This document shows, one piece after another, positions 23,928 through 35,859 of a DNA stretch of 64,000 bases. Origin of the DNA: Okamejei kenojei. Lineage: Eukaryota. A program made the position numbers and the translations under genes. The DNA is taken from positions 6,200,001 through 6,264,000 of the forward strand of contig CM069154.1 in assembly GCA_035221665.1 (NCBI GenBank). Direction: 5' to 3'. Position 1 is the first letter of the stretch; each line of letters starts with the position of its first letter. The notes under the pieces are model-generated. The model did not search any database. It saw only the letters and a program-made list of their open reading frames with translations, and was not told the origin of the DNA.

Positions 23928-26900
23928 AGAAGAAATATAGAATATAGAGAAACAGAAAATAGGTGCAGAAAACTATTTAACACAAAAATTGAACCCCAAT
24001 ACAGAATTGATTATCTTTGGATCAATGGAAAAGGGAAGCAAACTAACTATATTCCAAGAATCTTTTCTTAATTATGGTCCTAATAACAGCAAAAAAACAT
24101 ACTTAAAATTTTGGAAAAATGCACCCTACACCAACATTCAAAATGTGGATCTCAAACACGTTCCTGTAAACGCTACATCTTGAAGAAAGAAAGAAATGAG
24201 ATTCCTCCTACTAGGCAAAGTAGACCAATTCTTAAAGATTTGGTCTCCTTTTATCAACTTTTTACAAGCATATGGTTTGCAATATAACATAAACCTTAGA
24301 AATTAAATGGTTCAGAAACTGCGTGGACGGATGGGATGGGCAAAAATATTACAAGATAGGTAGATCGCTCTCTAATCTCTCTTTTCTTTACTTTTTCCTT
24401 TTCTTTCAATCTTTTAACTTCTCATCTCTGTCCTTTATTTCTTTTGCTTTCTGTTTCTACTCGCTTGTTTATCTATTCCGACACTCTTTATTTATTTTTT
24501 CTCTCACTGTTCTTTTATTATTGAACCAAAAGTATGAAGTTGTACAAGAATGAAAATATGTATTTATGTATTAGGTACTTAAGTACCAGACTATTGTGCT
24601 TACTTCTAACGAAAATAAACAAACAAAAAAAAAGAAAATAGGTGCAGGAGGAGGCCATTCGGCCTTTCGAGCCAGCGCCGCCATTCATTGTGACCATGGC
24701 TGATCGTTCCCTATCAATAACCCGTGTCTACCTTCTCCCCATATCCCTTGACTCAACTAGCATCTAGAACACTAACTCTCTCTTAAATCCATCCAGTGAC
24801 TTGGCCTCCATTGCCCTCTGTGGCAGGGAATTCCATAAATTCACAACTCTCTGGGTGGGATGGTGATGTGGAAAAACGGTTTTTTCTCCACCCCAGTCTC
24901 TCAAATGACCTCCCCTTTATTCTAAGACTGTGGCCCCTGGTTCTGGACTCGCCCAACATTGGGAACATTTTTCCTACATCTAGCTTGTCCAGTCATTTTA
25001 TAATTGTACATGTTTCTATAAGATATCCCCTCATCCTTCTAAACTCCAGTGAATACAAGCCAGGTTATTCAATCTTTCCAAATATGACAGTCTCACCATC
25101 CATGAACCTACGCTTGCACTGCCTCAATCACAAGGATGTCCTTCCTCAAATTAAGAGACCAAAAAGTTACACAATACTCCAGATGTGGTCTCACCAGAGC
25201 CCCATACAACTGCAGAAGATCTTCTTTACTCCTATACTGAAATCTTCTTGTTATGAAGGCCAACATTCCATTAGATTTCTTCACTGCCTGCTGTACCTGT
25301 AAGCCAACCTTCAGTGACCGGTGTACAAGGACAACCAGGTCTCGCTGTAACCCCCCCCCCCCCCTTACCTAACTTAACCTCATTGAGGTAATAATATGCC
25401 CCCTTGTTTTTGCCGCAAAAGTGGATAACCTCACATTTATCGATATTATACCACCTCTGCCACGCATCTGCCAACTCACTCAAACTGTCCAGGTCACCCT
25501 GCAACTTCCTACCATCCTCTTCACAGTTCACACTGCCACCCAGCTTTCTGTCATCCGCAAACTTGCTAGTGCTGCTCCTGATTCCCTCTTCCAAATCATT
25601 AATATATGTAAACAGTTGCGGCCCCAACACCGAGACTTGCGGCACTCCACTGGCCACTGCCTGCCATTCTGAAAAGGAACCGTTCACTCGTACTCTTTGC
25701 TGCCAACCAACTTTCTATCCATGTCAACACCCTACCCCCAATACCATGTGCTCTAATTTTAGTCACCAGTCTCCCGTGCGGGACCTTATCAAAGGCTTTC
25801 GGAAAGTCTAGATACACTACATCCACTGGCACCCCTTCATCCATTTTGCTTGTCACGTCCTCAAAACATTCCAGAAGATTAGTCAAGCAGGATTTCCCTT
25901 TCATAAATCCATGTTGACTTGGACTAATCCCTTTACTGCTATCCAATGCCCCATTATTTGAGATGCAGACCATCAGGCCCAGGGGGTTTGCCATCCTTCA
26001 GTCCCATTAGCCCACCCAATTTACTATTTCTCGCCAAATTAAAATTTATTTCAGTCCCTCTACTACCTTAGATCCTCTGTCCTCCAGTACATCTGGGTGA
26101 TTGTATGTGTTTTTCCTTAATTACCTATTCTGCCATTTCTTTGTTGCCCATAATAATTTCACCCGTGTCTGCCTTCAAAGGACCCACATTTGACTTTGGT
26201 ACTCTTTTTCCCTTAACATTTCTAAATAAGCTTGTCCTTTATATTCCTGACCAGCTTCCCTTCGTACTTCAGCCGGTATTGCCCGTTTTGTTTCCTTCCT
26301 ATGAAAGTTTCCCAATCCTCTTGCTTCTGGCTACTCTTTGCTGTGTTATTCAACTTTTCTTTTAGTTTTATTCTATCCCTAACTTCTCTTGTAAGCCACG
26401 GTTCCACCGTCATTCCCTTTCGAGTCTACCTTGGCCAGCTCCCCTCTCATGCCTTCATAGTCCCCTTTGTTCAACTGCATCACTGACACTTCCGATTTAA
26501 CTTTCTCCTTCTCAAATTGCAGATTAAAACTAATCATATTATGATCACTACCTCCAAGCAGTTCCTTTACATCCATTTCTCTTATCAAATCTGGTTCATT
26601 GGACAACACTAAATCCAGATTTGCCTTATTTCTGGTCGGCTCCATTACAAGCTGCTCTGAGAATTCATCTTGGAGGCATTCTACAAACCTTCTTTCTTTG
26701 GGTCCTGAACCAACCCTGATTTTCCCAGTCTACCTGCATATTGAAATCCCCCATCACCATAGTGGCATTACCTTTGTTACATGCCAGTTTTAGCTCCTGC
26801 TGCAACTTACACCCTACATCCGGGCTACTATTTGGGGGTTTGTAGATAACACTAATTAGTGTCTTCTTGCCTTTACAATTCCTCAACTCAATCCACAGTG

Positions 26901-28160
26901 ACTCTACCTCGTCAGTCCCTAGGTCTTCCCTTGCAAGGGACTGAATTCCATCCCTCACCAGCAGAGCAACCCACCCCCCCACCCCCCTCCTCTGCCCATC
27001 TGTCTGTACCTTTGGTAGGATGTATAACCCTGAATATTAAGTTCCCAGGCCAGATCCTCCTGCAGCCACGTCTCAGTAATCCCCACAATGTCATATCTAC
27101 CAACCTCTAACTGAGCCTCAAGCTCATCTACTTTACCTCTTATACTTCGCGCATTCATATACTAATACTTTTAATTTTCTTACGCATCTCCCCTTTCACA
27201 TCGATCCCTATTACACTTGGCCATACTCTCCTATCCCTCTTGTGAGCCTCCTTTCCGTTATTTCTGGGGTCATTAACTATCCCTTTACTCTCTTTCCCTT
27301 TAACTCCATCCTCGACTATCCCATTTGACATCCCACCCCCCTTTTTCAGTTTAAAACCACCCGTGTAGCAGTGGCAAACCTGCCTGCCAGAATGCTGGTC
27401 CCCCACTTGTTAAGATGCAATCCGTCCCTATTGTACAGTTCCCCCTTACTCCAAAACAGTCCCCAGTGATCTAAGAATCGAAATCCCTGCCCCCTGCACC
27501 AGTTCCTCAGCCACACATTCAGGTCCCGTATCTCGCCAGCACGATGTTCCTGCCAGCACGAGGAACTAGAACCAAACTGGAGAAAACCACACTTCTGGTC
27601 CAGCTTTTCAGCTCTCTAAAGTCACGCTGCGGAATATTCATCTCCTTCTTTCCGACATCGTTTGTGCCGACATGCATTTCGCGCTTGAGGATTTTCTGCA
27701 CTCTGTCCGTGACATCCTGGATCTTTGCACCAGGAAGGCAGCACACCATCCTCGAATCCCGTCTGTTCCTGCAGAAACCCTTGTCCGTACCTCTCACAAT
27801 GGAGTCTCCAACTACAATGGCGTTGCCATACATTGGCCTCTTTGGTTTTGGCTCAACAGCCGTTTTTGCTTCGCAAGCCAGTCCGCGGCTCAGTGTGATA
27901 ACGTCTTCTGTCCCGACGGCTTCTAAGTAGGTGAACCTGTTCACAAAAGGGACAACACCCGGGGATGTTTGAATTCTTTGTTTCCCTCCCATTCCCACCG
28001 TCACCCACCTTCTCTCTTCCAAAACCTTAGGTGTAATAATCTTACTGTAGGACTTGTCAAGGAACGACTCAGTTTCTTGGACGAACCTGAGGTCATCCAC
28101 TTGCTTCTCCAGTTCCCGAAACACGGTCCTGCAGCAGATGTGCCTGGATGCACTTCTCAC
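23928..28160 (-). mobile_element. Near full-length degenerate CR1 LINE (ORF1 esterase-like, APE endonuclease, RT)
   Basis: ORF1 GDSIVRG..VCCLPGA..HVGTND (27519-28160); endonuclease NARSI..GITETWL..MGDFN..GSDHN; RT fragments 25271-25994; its 3' tail is split by an L1 insertion. Confidence 0.9.
23969..24632 (+). mobile_element. L1/Tx1-like 3' fragment nested in the CR1 tail
   Basis: 15-bp target duplication agaaaataggtgcag (23954-23968 and 24633-24647); AATAAA plus A-rich tail; PNTELIIFG-type ORF2 end. Confidence 0.7.
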
Positions 28161-28164
28161 ATGT

Positions 28165-28705
28165 GTGATACATCGTATAATACATTCTATAATACGCTCA
28201 TATTGCCATATGTGAGTTACTGTGTGGAGATATGGGGTAACACCTACAAAACAAACCTACAGCCGTTATGCACATTACAAAAAGAGCAAAAAGAATTATC
28301 AATAACGTTGGATATCTTGAACATACCAATTTATTATTCTTAATAGTCACATACACTGAAGTTCACCGATCTGGTTCAATTTAAGACTGCACAAAGCAAG
28401 AAATAATTTACTTCCAGGAAATACAAAAACTGTTTATGGAAAGACAGGGCGGGTATAATTTGAGAGGGGAACATAATTTAAAAAAACTCAATTTTGCTAA
28501 ATTTGTATAAGATAATTATAAGCAGTTGAATAAAGGGTGGGAATTAATAAGCTTTGGCTTCTTCCTGCTCCTTTTTGGATACGATTTCATTAATTTATAG
28601 ATATTGTTTATGACACTTTATATTCTTGGTTTTTTTTTGTATGCTGTTTCACACTTACTCTTTATTATTTTATTCTGTTCGAAATAAAGAATTAAAAAAA
28701 AATTA
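28165..28705 (+). mobile_element. L2/Crack-clade LINE 3' fragment
   Basis: YNTLILPYVSYCVEIWGNTYKTNL; AATAAA and A-rich tail. Confidence 0.65.
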
Positions 28706-29149
28706 AATCGTGGAAACAGGCTCTTCGGCCCACTGAGTACACAACGGCTGTTAATCAACAGTAGACAAGTTCCATGGGGACAATTTACAGAAGTGCCCCG
28801 TGTGTATAGGAACCAACAAACCTGCACGACCAGATTGCTGGGGACATTGGAACGCTTTGAGAAACACCACACATTCACAGGGAGGAGGTACAAATTCCAT
28901 ACAGACAGCATCCGTCGTCCGGATCGAACCCGTGCCTCTGGCGCTGTAAAGCAGCAACTCTACCGCTGCGCCACCGTCCCGTACTCGCCTGCTTGTCATG
29001 ATAACATCTTCCATTTGCTGCAAATCACACTGAAGAATCATTACCCTGTATCTTAAGCCTATCAACTCCTTACATCAGACACCCATACTCTCTTCTTCAA
29101 CTGCAAGTGAAAAGCAGTGAAACTGACTTTTATTTCCTTGTTCCAACAG

Positions 29150-29198
29150 GTCATGAATATTCTTCTGAAAATTCGATAACATCCAATTACTCTGCAAG
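29150..29198 (+). CDS. Gene 2 stalk micro-exon
   Basis: ccaacag|GT CAT GAA TAT TCT TCT...GCA AG|gtaaac; GHEYSSENSITSNYSA (Cys replaced by Ser relative to gene 1). Confidence 0.75.
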
Positions 29199-30092
29199 GT
29201 AAACCGCTCTGTTTCCAATGAAAGTTACAAAGTACTAATAGCTGGTTTTTTGATTGGGAAAGCTTTAATTGGGAGGTAGTTGAACCTTACTTTCGCTGGT
29301 ATTGAATGTCGTGAGAGTATAGATCTGAATGCACAGTGGCACAGTCTGTGGAATCACAGCCTCACAACGCACGACCCTGGTTCATTAGGTGCTGCCTATG
29401 TGTGGTCTCATGTATTTCCTTTAATTGTGTTGGTTTAATTTAAGTGCTCCAGTTTCCTTCCAGCTCCCAAAGATGTGCCAGTTGTAAATTGCCCCATGTG
29501 TACAGGAAAGCGGTTTAATCTGTGGATATAAGAACGTTAATACCGCCGATATGAGCGAACATCTAACCGAAATTTCGAACACGATTCCTCCATCCACACA
29601 CCTACCGCGTCAATCCAAGTAATATCGAGGATGTGATATTGAGCATTATCATTTTAAATTTATTTCATTAATTGGCCTCATCTGTTTCCATATTTATTGC
29701 CCCACCTGCTTTCCAACATTAGAATTGATCCTTTTTAATTATTCCTCTCTATTCATATGGATATTATTATAATCTTCCTTGCAGCTGCATTTCCTTTCTT
29801 CCAGGGTAGTACACTGTTCTTTCTATCCTTACTCATCCCCAGTTTCCCTCTCCCGTGACTCCCAGTCTGAAGAATGGTCTCGACCCGAAACTTCACGCAT
29901 TCCTTCTCTCCAGAGATGCTGCCTCTCCCGCTCTGTTTGTCCAGCATTGTGTGCATATCTACTCTGTATTCGCTGTATTCACTGCTCCATCTCATGACTT
30001 GTTTCCCTGTCTTCTCCGAATCCATTTAACCGTGTAATCTCTCATTCCCAGTCTTGTAGCCATGCTCCAGCAATGAGGTCAGTAATTGGTGA

Positions 30093-30221
30093 NNNNNNNN
30101 NNNNNNNNNNNNNNNNNNNNNNNNNNNNNNNNNNNNNNNNNNNNNNNNNNNNNNNNNNNNNNNNNNNNNNNNNNNNNNNNNNNNNNNNNNNNNNNNNNNN
30201 NNNNNNNNNNNNNNNNNNNNN
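30093..30221. other. Assembly gap
   Basis: Run of N. Confidence 1.
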
Positions 30222-30367
30222 CGTCTTTCTCCAAACTGATCTCCGTTGACGCTGCTGCTTCGCCCCGCTCCACTTCACCAAGATAATGAAGCAAATAACA
30301 GGTTAATGCTTCAAAGATTAACCGTCTCGTTTCCTCCCAGTGACTGAACCTCTTGCTCTTAGCCCAG

Positions 30368-30458
30368 TTACATCTCATGGAGAGTGGGGCGCTGGCTGCT
30401 CTTTCTCCTGCTTTTGATCTGGAGTATCTCAACCGCGGTGTTCACAAGAGGCTCTAAG
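30368..30458 (+). CDS. Gene 2 transmembrane exon with Arg
   Basis: cttagcccag|T TAC ATC TCA TGG AGA GTG GGG CGC...AAG|gtaggt; YISWRVGRWLLFLLLLIWSISTAVFTRGSK; lies just after an N gap. Confidence 0.8.
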
Positions 30459-31070
30459 GTAGGTTTTATTGTCATCATGTTCGTAAATTATATGAGCAGA
30501 ATTGGGCCTTTCTGCCCATCATATCTAATCCGCCCACAATCACGGGTGATCTACCCTTCCCTCTCGATCCCATGCTCCTGCCTTCTCCCCAAAACTCTTG
30601 ACATCCTTATTTATCAAGAATATGAAAATCTCCGGCTTTAAAATATCAATTGATTTGGACAGATACAAAAATGCTGAAGTAGCTCGGCGGGACAGGCAGC
30701 ATCTCCGGTGTGAATTGACTTGGCCTCCACAGCCTCCCGTGGTAATGAAATCCGTAAATTCACCACCCTCTGACCAAACAATCACTTCTCTTCGCCGAAT
30801 GTTTCCAAACGGTTTCCATTAATGCTTTCGAATATCCTGTCCATTGATAGAAACAAAAACCGTGCACGTTTTCATATCCTGAAGTTTAACCAAACGTGTA
30901 TGTGGATGATATCACGAGGTTTTGTCAGGTTGTACGTGTGCAGGGTGGAATTCTGTACCCGGTGTGGGTTCATTGGGGTCCATCTTCCAGACAGCATTAT
31001 GTTGGGGGTACACAAAAGGCTGGAGAAACTCAGCGGGTGCAGCAGCATCTAAGGAGCGAAGGAGATAGGC

Positions 31071-31147
31071 GACGTTTCGGGTCGAGACCCTTCTTCAGAC
31101 CAGGGTGGGACAGGGTGGCGACGTTTCGGGTCGAGACCCTTCTTCAG
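31071..31147 (-). ncRNA. Tandem pair of minimal hammerhead motifs
   Basis: Two exact copies of the reverse complement of CTGAAGAAGGGTCTCGACCCGAAACGTC at 31071-31098 and 31120-31147. Confidence 0.55.
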
Positions 31148-31572
31148 ACATGACCAGGGTGGGACATGTCTTTGATTATGGTTTTGTCAGTTTTGGTCTC
31201 CTAATCTCAGTTTTGGTCTCCTAATTTGAGGAAGGACATCCTTGTGATTGAGGCAGTGCGGCGAAGGTTCGCGAGATTGATCCCTGGGACGGGGGGACTG
31301 TCATATGAGGAAAGATTGAAAAGACTAGGCTTGTATTCACTGGAGTTTAGAAGGATGAGGGAGAATCATATAGAAACATATAAAATTATAAATGACTGGA
31401 CAAGCTATTTGATGCTGCTGCACCCGCTGAGTTTCTCCAGCCTTTTGTGTACCCTCGATTCTCCAGCATCTGCAGTTCCTTCTTTAACAGCATTGTGTTG
31501 GGAGCGGTCGGGTCAAATAAAGCGTAGTTCCCACTGTCAGTGAGTCTGATGACTTCACATTGTCTTTTGCAG

Positions 31573-31620
31573 AGACACGATGAGTCAGAATCTCGCCACT
31601 CGGACCACGAATTACAATGA
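31573..31620 (+). CDS. Gene 2 terminal coding exon, short tail
   Basis: tcttttgcag|AGA CAC GAT...CAA TGA = RHDESESRHSDHELQ*. Confidence 0.75.
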   Translation, partial: RHDESESRHSDHELQ

Positions 31621-32634
31621 AGATTCCTAGCTTGCACCAGCATTGAGGGAATTCTGCACCGCGATGAAATATTTATGCATCGTCCTGCTTTGTCAGCAGA
31701 TATCTACTGGACAAAATATACGTCTCTTGCAATTCAACCAATTTCATGAAAGTGACTTCAAAGCAATGTTCCAAACTTTCCAAACTATATCTGTTTCCAA
31801 ATCTCATTTCCCGCACTGATCTTAATTTTTGTCACCTCTTCCAAGGTTTCTTTCGTCACATTCAAACTATTGTTTTAACATTTGCATGGTTTCTGTTGCT
31901 CCAGCATCTTATACTCTGTTAAACTATATTATATGCATTCAACATAAAGGGAAAAAAATGATTTTCACTGATTAATGAACAATAATGCATCAGAATGCTT
32001 CTTAATAAATTGTTATTGTCGATAAATCGCTTGTCCAATTTGTTTTGTGTAGACTGCAACTTTAGTGATGAAGAACAGACTGCAATCAGACTGCTGGATA
32101 ATCCTCCTGTTGTCAAACATTAAAGGCGTTTAGGAAAGGCAATCAATGAATCTTTTAACCATGCTATTCTATCAGGACAAAATTATGCAACGACATTGTT
32201 CAGACGATTAGCATTATTTTTCACTCCACATATGTTGACTGACGCGCTAAGCACATCCAACATCTGCAGATTTAATTTCCGATATGTAGCAAATGTTTAG
32301 GTAGGAAGGAACTGCAGATGCTGATTTAAACTGAAGATACACATCAATTGCTGGGGTAACTCAGCGTGACAGGCGGCATCTGCGGATAGATCAGATAGGT
32401 TTAGGCGGACTGAGCGGCGATGTTCAGCGAAACAATCGCCGAGCCTGCGTTTGTTTTCGCTTCTCGGCGATCGTTTCGCTGAACACCGCCACACAGACGG
32501 CCTAAATCTATCTGATTTCCCGGTCGCTAAACACTTTAACACCCGCTCCCATTCCCACACTGACATTTCAATCCTGGGCATCCTCCATTGTCATAGTGAG
32601 TCCCAGCGCAAATTGGATGAACAGCACCTCATCC

Positions 32635-33400
32635 ATCCGGAAGTGGCGGCGCTGCCTGGCAGCTGCGGCTCGCCTGCAGTCCGTCTGTTTTTTCTTTTCC
32701 TTTTTGTTTTCTTGTGTCTGTTTTAGTTACTGGGGGGGGGGGGGGGGGGGGGGGAGGGGGGGAACAAGGTTTTAGTCTCTCCCTTCGGGGGGATGCGACT
32801 TTTCTTGTCGTGTCCCCCGTCACCGTCTCCGTCTGTGCTGAGGCTGAGGCTGAGGCCTAATGACGGAGCTGGCGACCTCGAAGCTGTGGCGGCGTTCCAG
32901 CGTTATAGCGGCGGCGGCGGCACGGCTTCAGAGCTGTGGCGGTGTTACGGCGGCGGCACGGCTTCAGAGCTGTGGTGCTCCAGCGGCGTTCCAGCTGAGG
33001 CGTTCCAGCGGCGACTCGACTTCAGAACTGTGGGTGTGGCGTTCCAGCGTTCCGGTAGCGGACCCGGCGTCAGAGCTGCGGCGGTGTTCCAGTGTTCCAG
33101 CGGCGGACCAGGCTTCAGAGCAGTGGCGGGGTTCCAGCGTCCCGGCGAGGGCGGTGGCGGCAGCCCGGCTTTGGAAGCTCGGCCGCGTGGACGACAACAT
33201 CGGAGGCCTGGATCGCCTCAGTGCAGAGGGAGAACAAGGAGACTTTAAGACTTTTGCCTTCCACCACAGTGAGGAGGTGCCTGGTGAACTCACTGTGATG
33301 GATGTTAAATATGTGTTTATTGTGTTTTGTTTTTTATTATATATATGACTGCAAGGCAGCCAAATTTCGTTGAATGACAATAAAGGATAGTTTGACTTTG
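32635..33400 (+). mobile_element. GC-rich non-autonomous element with internal tandem repeats (copies at 21905-22550 minus strand and 41905-42668)
   Basis: Starts tccggaagtggcggc, contains ggcggcggcacggcttcagagctgtgg repeats, ends aataaagga..tttgactttga; splits a Penelope fragment. Confidence 0.65.
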
Positions 33401-35859
33401 ATATTTCGCTTGGGCAGCTTACATCCCAGCCGTGTGAACATTGACTTAACTAACTTCAAGTAACCCGTGTGTTTCCTCTCAATCCACCCCTCCCCCCCCC
33501 AACCCCCCCCCCCCCCCCACCCCCCCCCCCCCCCCCCCCACCCCCCCCCCCCCCCTTCCCAGTTCTCGATCAGTCTGACAGTTCGATTACATTTTATCTC
33601 CAATTGCTTTGTTGTTACCTTTCCCTCCCAGCTAACAATGATCTATTCTACATTGTCCTTGACCTCCATCCCTTTGTCCGTTTCCAAACCACGGATACTT
33701 ATCCAAGTATCCTCCTTCTCCCTGGCTTCACCGTTCCTTTCATCCATAGTACTGCCTGTCCGCTGAGTTACTCCCAGCATGTTGTGTAACAATATGTTTT
33801 GGATTATGTGATTGAATGGTACAGCATGAGATACAGACCATTTGGCCCACGAGTTATACGTCAAGCAGCGATCAACCCTTTCAACACTAATTCTATATCG
33901 CCCCCACTTTCGCGTCTTTTGAGTACGGTAATATTGATAAAACATTTTAATGCAGCAAACGAGTTATTCATTTTGTCTACCGTACCAATGAGTTAAAGGA
34001 CAAAACTAAAGGCCACGGTGGCGCGCGGTCGAGTTGCTGCCGTACAGCCATTGCAGCGCCGGAGACCCGGGGTTCGTAGTGTCACGGAGTTTGTACGTTC
34101 TCCCCGTGATCGCATGGGGATTCTTCGCGATCTTCGCCTCTCCCACACTCCAATAGACGTACAGGTATGTTAGGTAATTGGCTTGCTATTATAATGAAAA
34201 TTGTCCCCAGTGTGTATGCTGTGTGTGGATTCGCTGCTGACACTTTGCTCGCGCTGCTGAAACAAGGGTGTGCAGATTCGTATCTATGAACCGCCATTTT
34301 GTGAACGCAAACTCGTTGTAACACTGTTTGATGAACAGTGTTTGCAGAATTCATGGGTCAATGGCGAAATGAAGACAGAAATAAATTGTTTTGGTGCATC
34401 GTCGTCGGGTTCCTCTCTGCAGTGTTTTTACTTGGGCAACTCTAAAACGGAAATAGCTCCTAAAAAAAGATCCTTAACTGAGGGCCGCCAACGACTCATC
34501 TAACATCAGTGGCGGACACATCAGTGTGTTACACAGATACCACGTGATTGTACAACTTTGCCACTGATGGACACAACCGGAATAAAACTGCACTGTTCCC
34601 TGACAGTAACACACCAGAAAACGATAGCCCGCTGCAGATATTAGGTTATAGATTATAATGCAACTATTTGCCGGAACAGATTGAAATGAATCGATGCAAG
34701 CAGTTGTGTAAAAAGTCCGCAACTGACTTGTACATGAACAGAACGCTGATACGGGTTAAGTTAATTAGCTCTGTATTTCCAATGAAGACAAGTTAACAAT
34801 TCAATTCGCCGTGCATATTCTTTCCTTGCTTTAACTTCACTAAGTGTATCACTTCGCCCTTGTTTCAGTTACATTACACTGTCAGCTACACTACCTCATC
34901 CGCTTTCCCAGCTGATCTCCATCATGTGGTCATTCTAGACAAACTTCTTCACAGTCCACTACACCATTAATTGTCATTTTCAAAACGTGGAATAGCATGA
35001 CAATAGTGTTTCAAAGTTTGAATTAAAGAGTTGAAATCAGAGAGGAGAGGGTTCAAACTCCAAATTAACCCCAGCTGATTTCAGGTGAAAAGCCCGTCAT
35101 TCTCTAAACGCCAGCATTCTGTTTTTCCCCTTGTCACCGTAATATGCCACAACAAAGTTTATGATTATATTTTTGATCTGCCGTGTCCATTTACAAAATT
35201 CAACAAGAGGAATTGATCGAAGTGTACAATCTTAGACGTTTAATTACACTTCTAAATGTCAACCTTTTTTCACAATGTATCATTGTGTTACAAGAAGGGT
35301 ACCCGACCCCGGAAAAATATCACCAATCAATTTCATCAGCGGTGCTGCCTGGTCCGCCAGAGTTCTCCTGCATTTTTTTTTTGTTTCTACCATTATTTCC
35401 ACCACCTGTTCAGTGATTAACAGGACGAGACAGAGATAATCGTCCGCTCCAACTTTAACGGATACATCATATTTGACAAAGTGGTTGATGCAGCTGCAAT
35501 AACAACATGTAACGAGCACTTGGACGGGTCCATTATTGGGAAGGTTTGTGGAGTTTCGGGTTTTGAACGTGGGCAATGTGACTAACTTAGATGAGCATAT
35601 TGATCTAAGCGTGTAAGTGAAGGGGCCTGTTTCGTGACGTATGACTCTGTGATCATAGGACCCAACCCATTTGTTAAATATAACCCTGAGCCTTTTGTTC
35701 ACACTGTACGTGTCGAGCGGCTGTTGGCCGCTGTGGTTCAGGAACTGGCGTCCTTGTTCCCTTCCTCCTCATTGCTATTTGAGAGATGCGATGTTTATCT
35801 GAGAGACGCAGAGCTGAGTGTCAGGAGAACAAGTGCTGGCTCGTCATGTGGACACAACA

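Noticed and set aside
32793-33380. Overlapping GC-rich ORFs or a CRISPR-like array
   Set aside because: Degenerate tandem units without unique spacers inside a dispersed repeat; the ORFs are open because of GC content.
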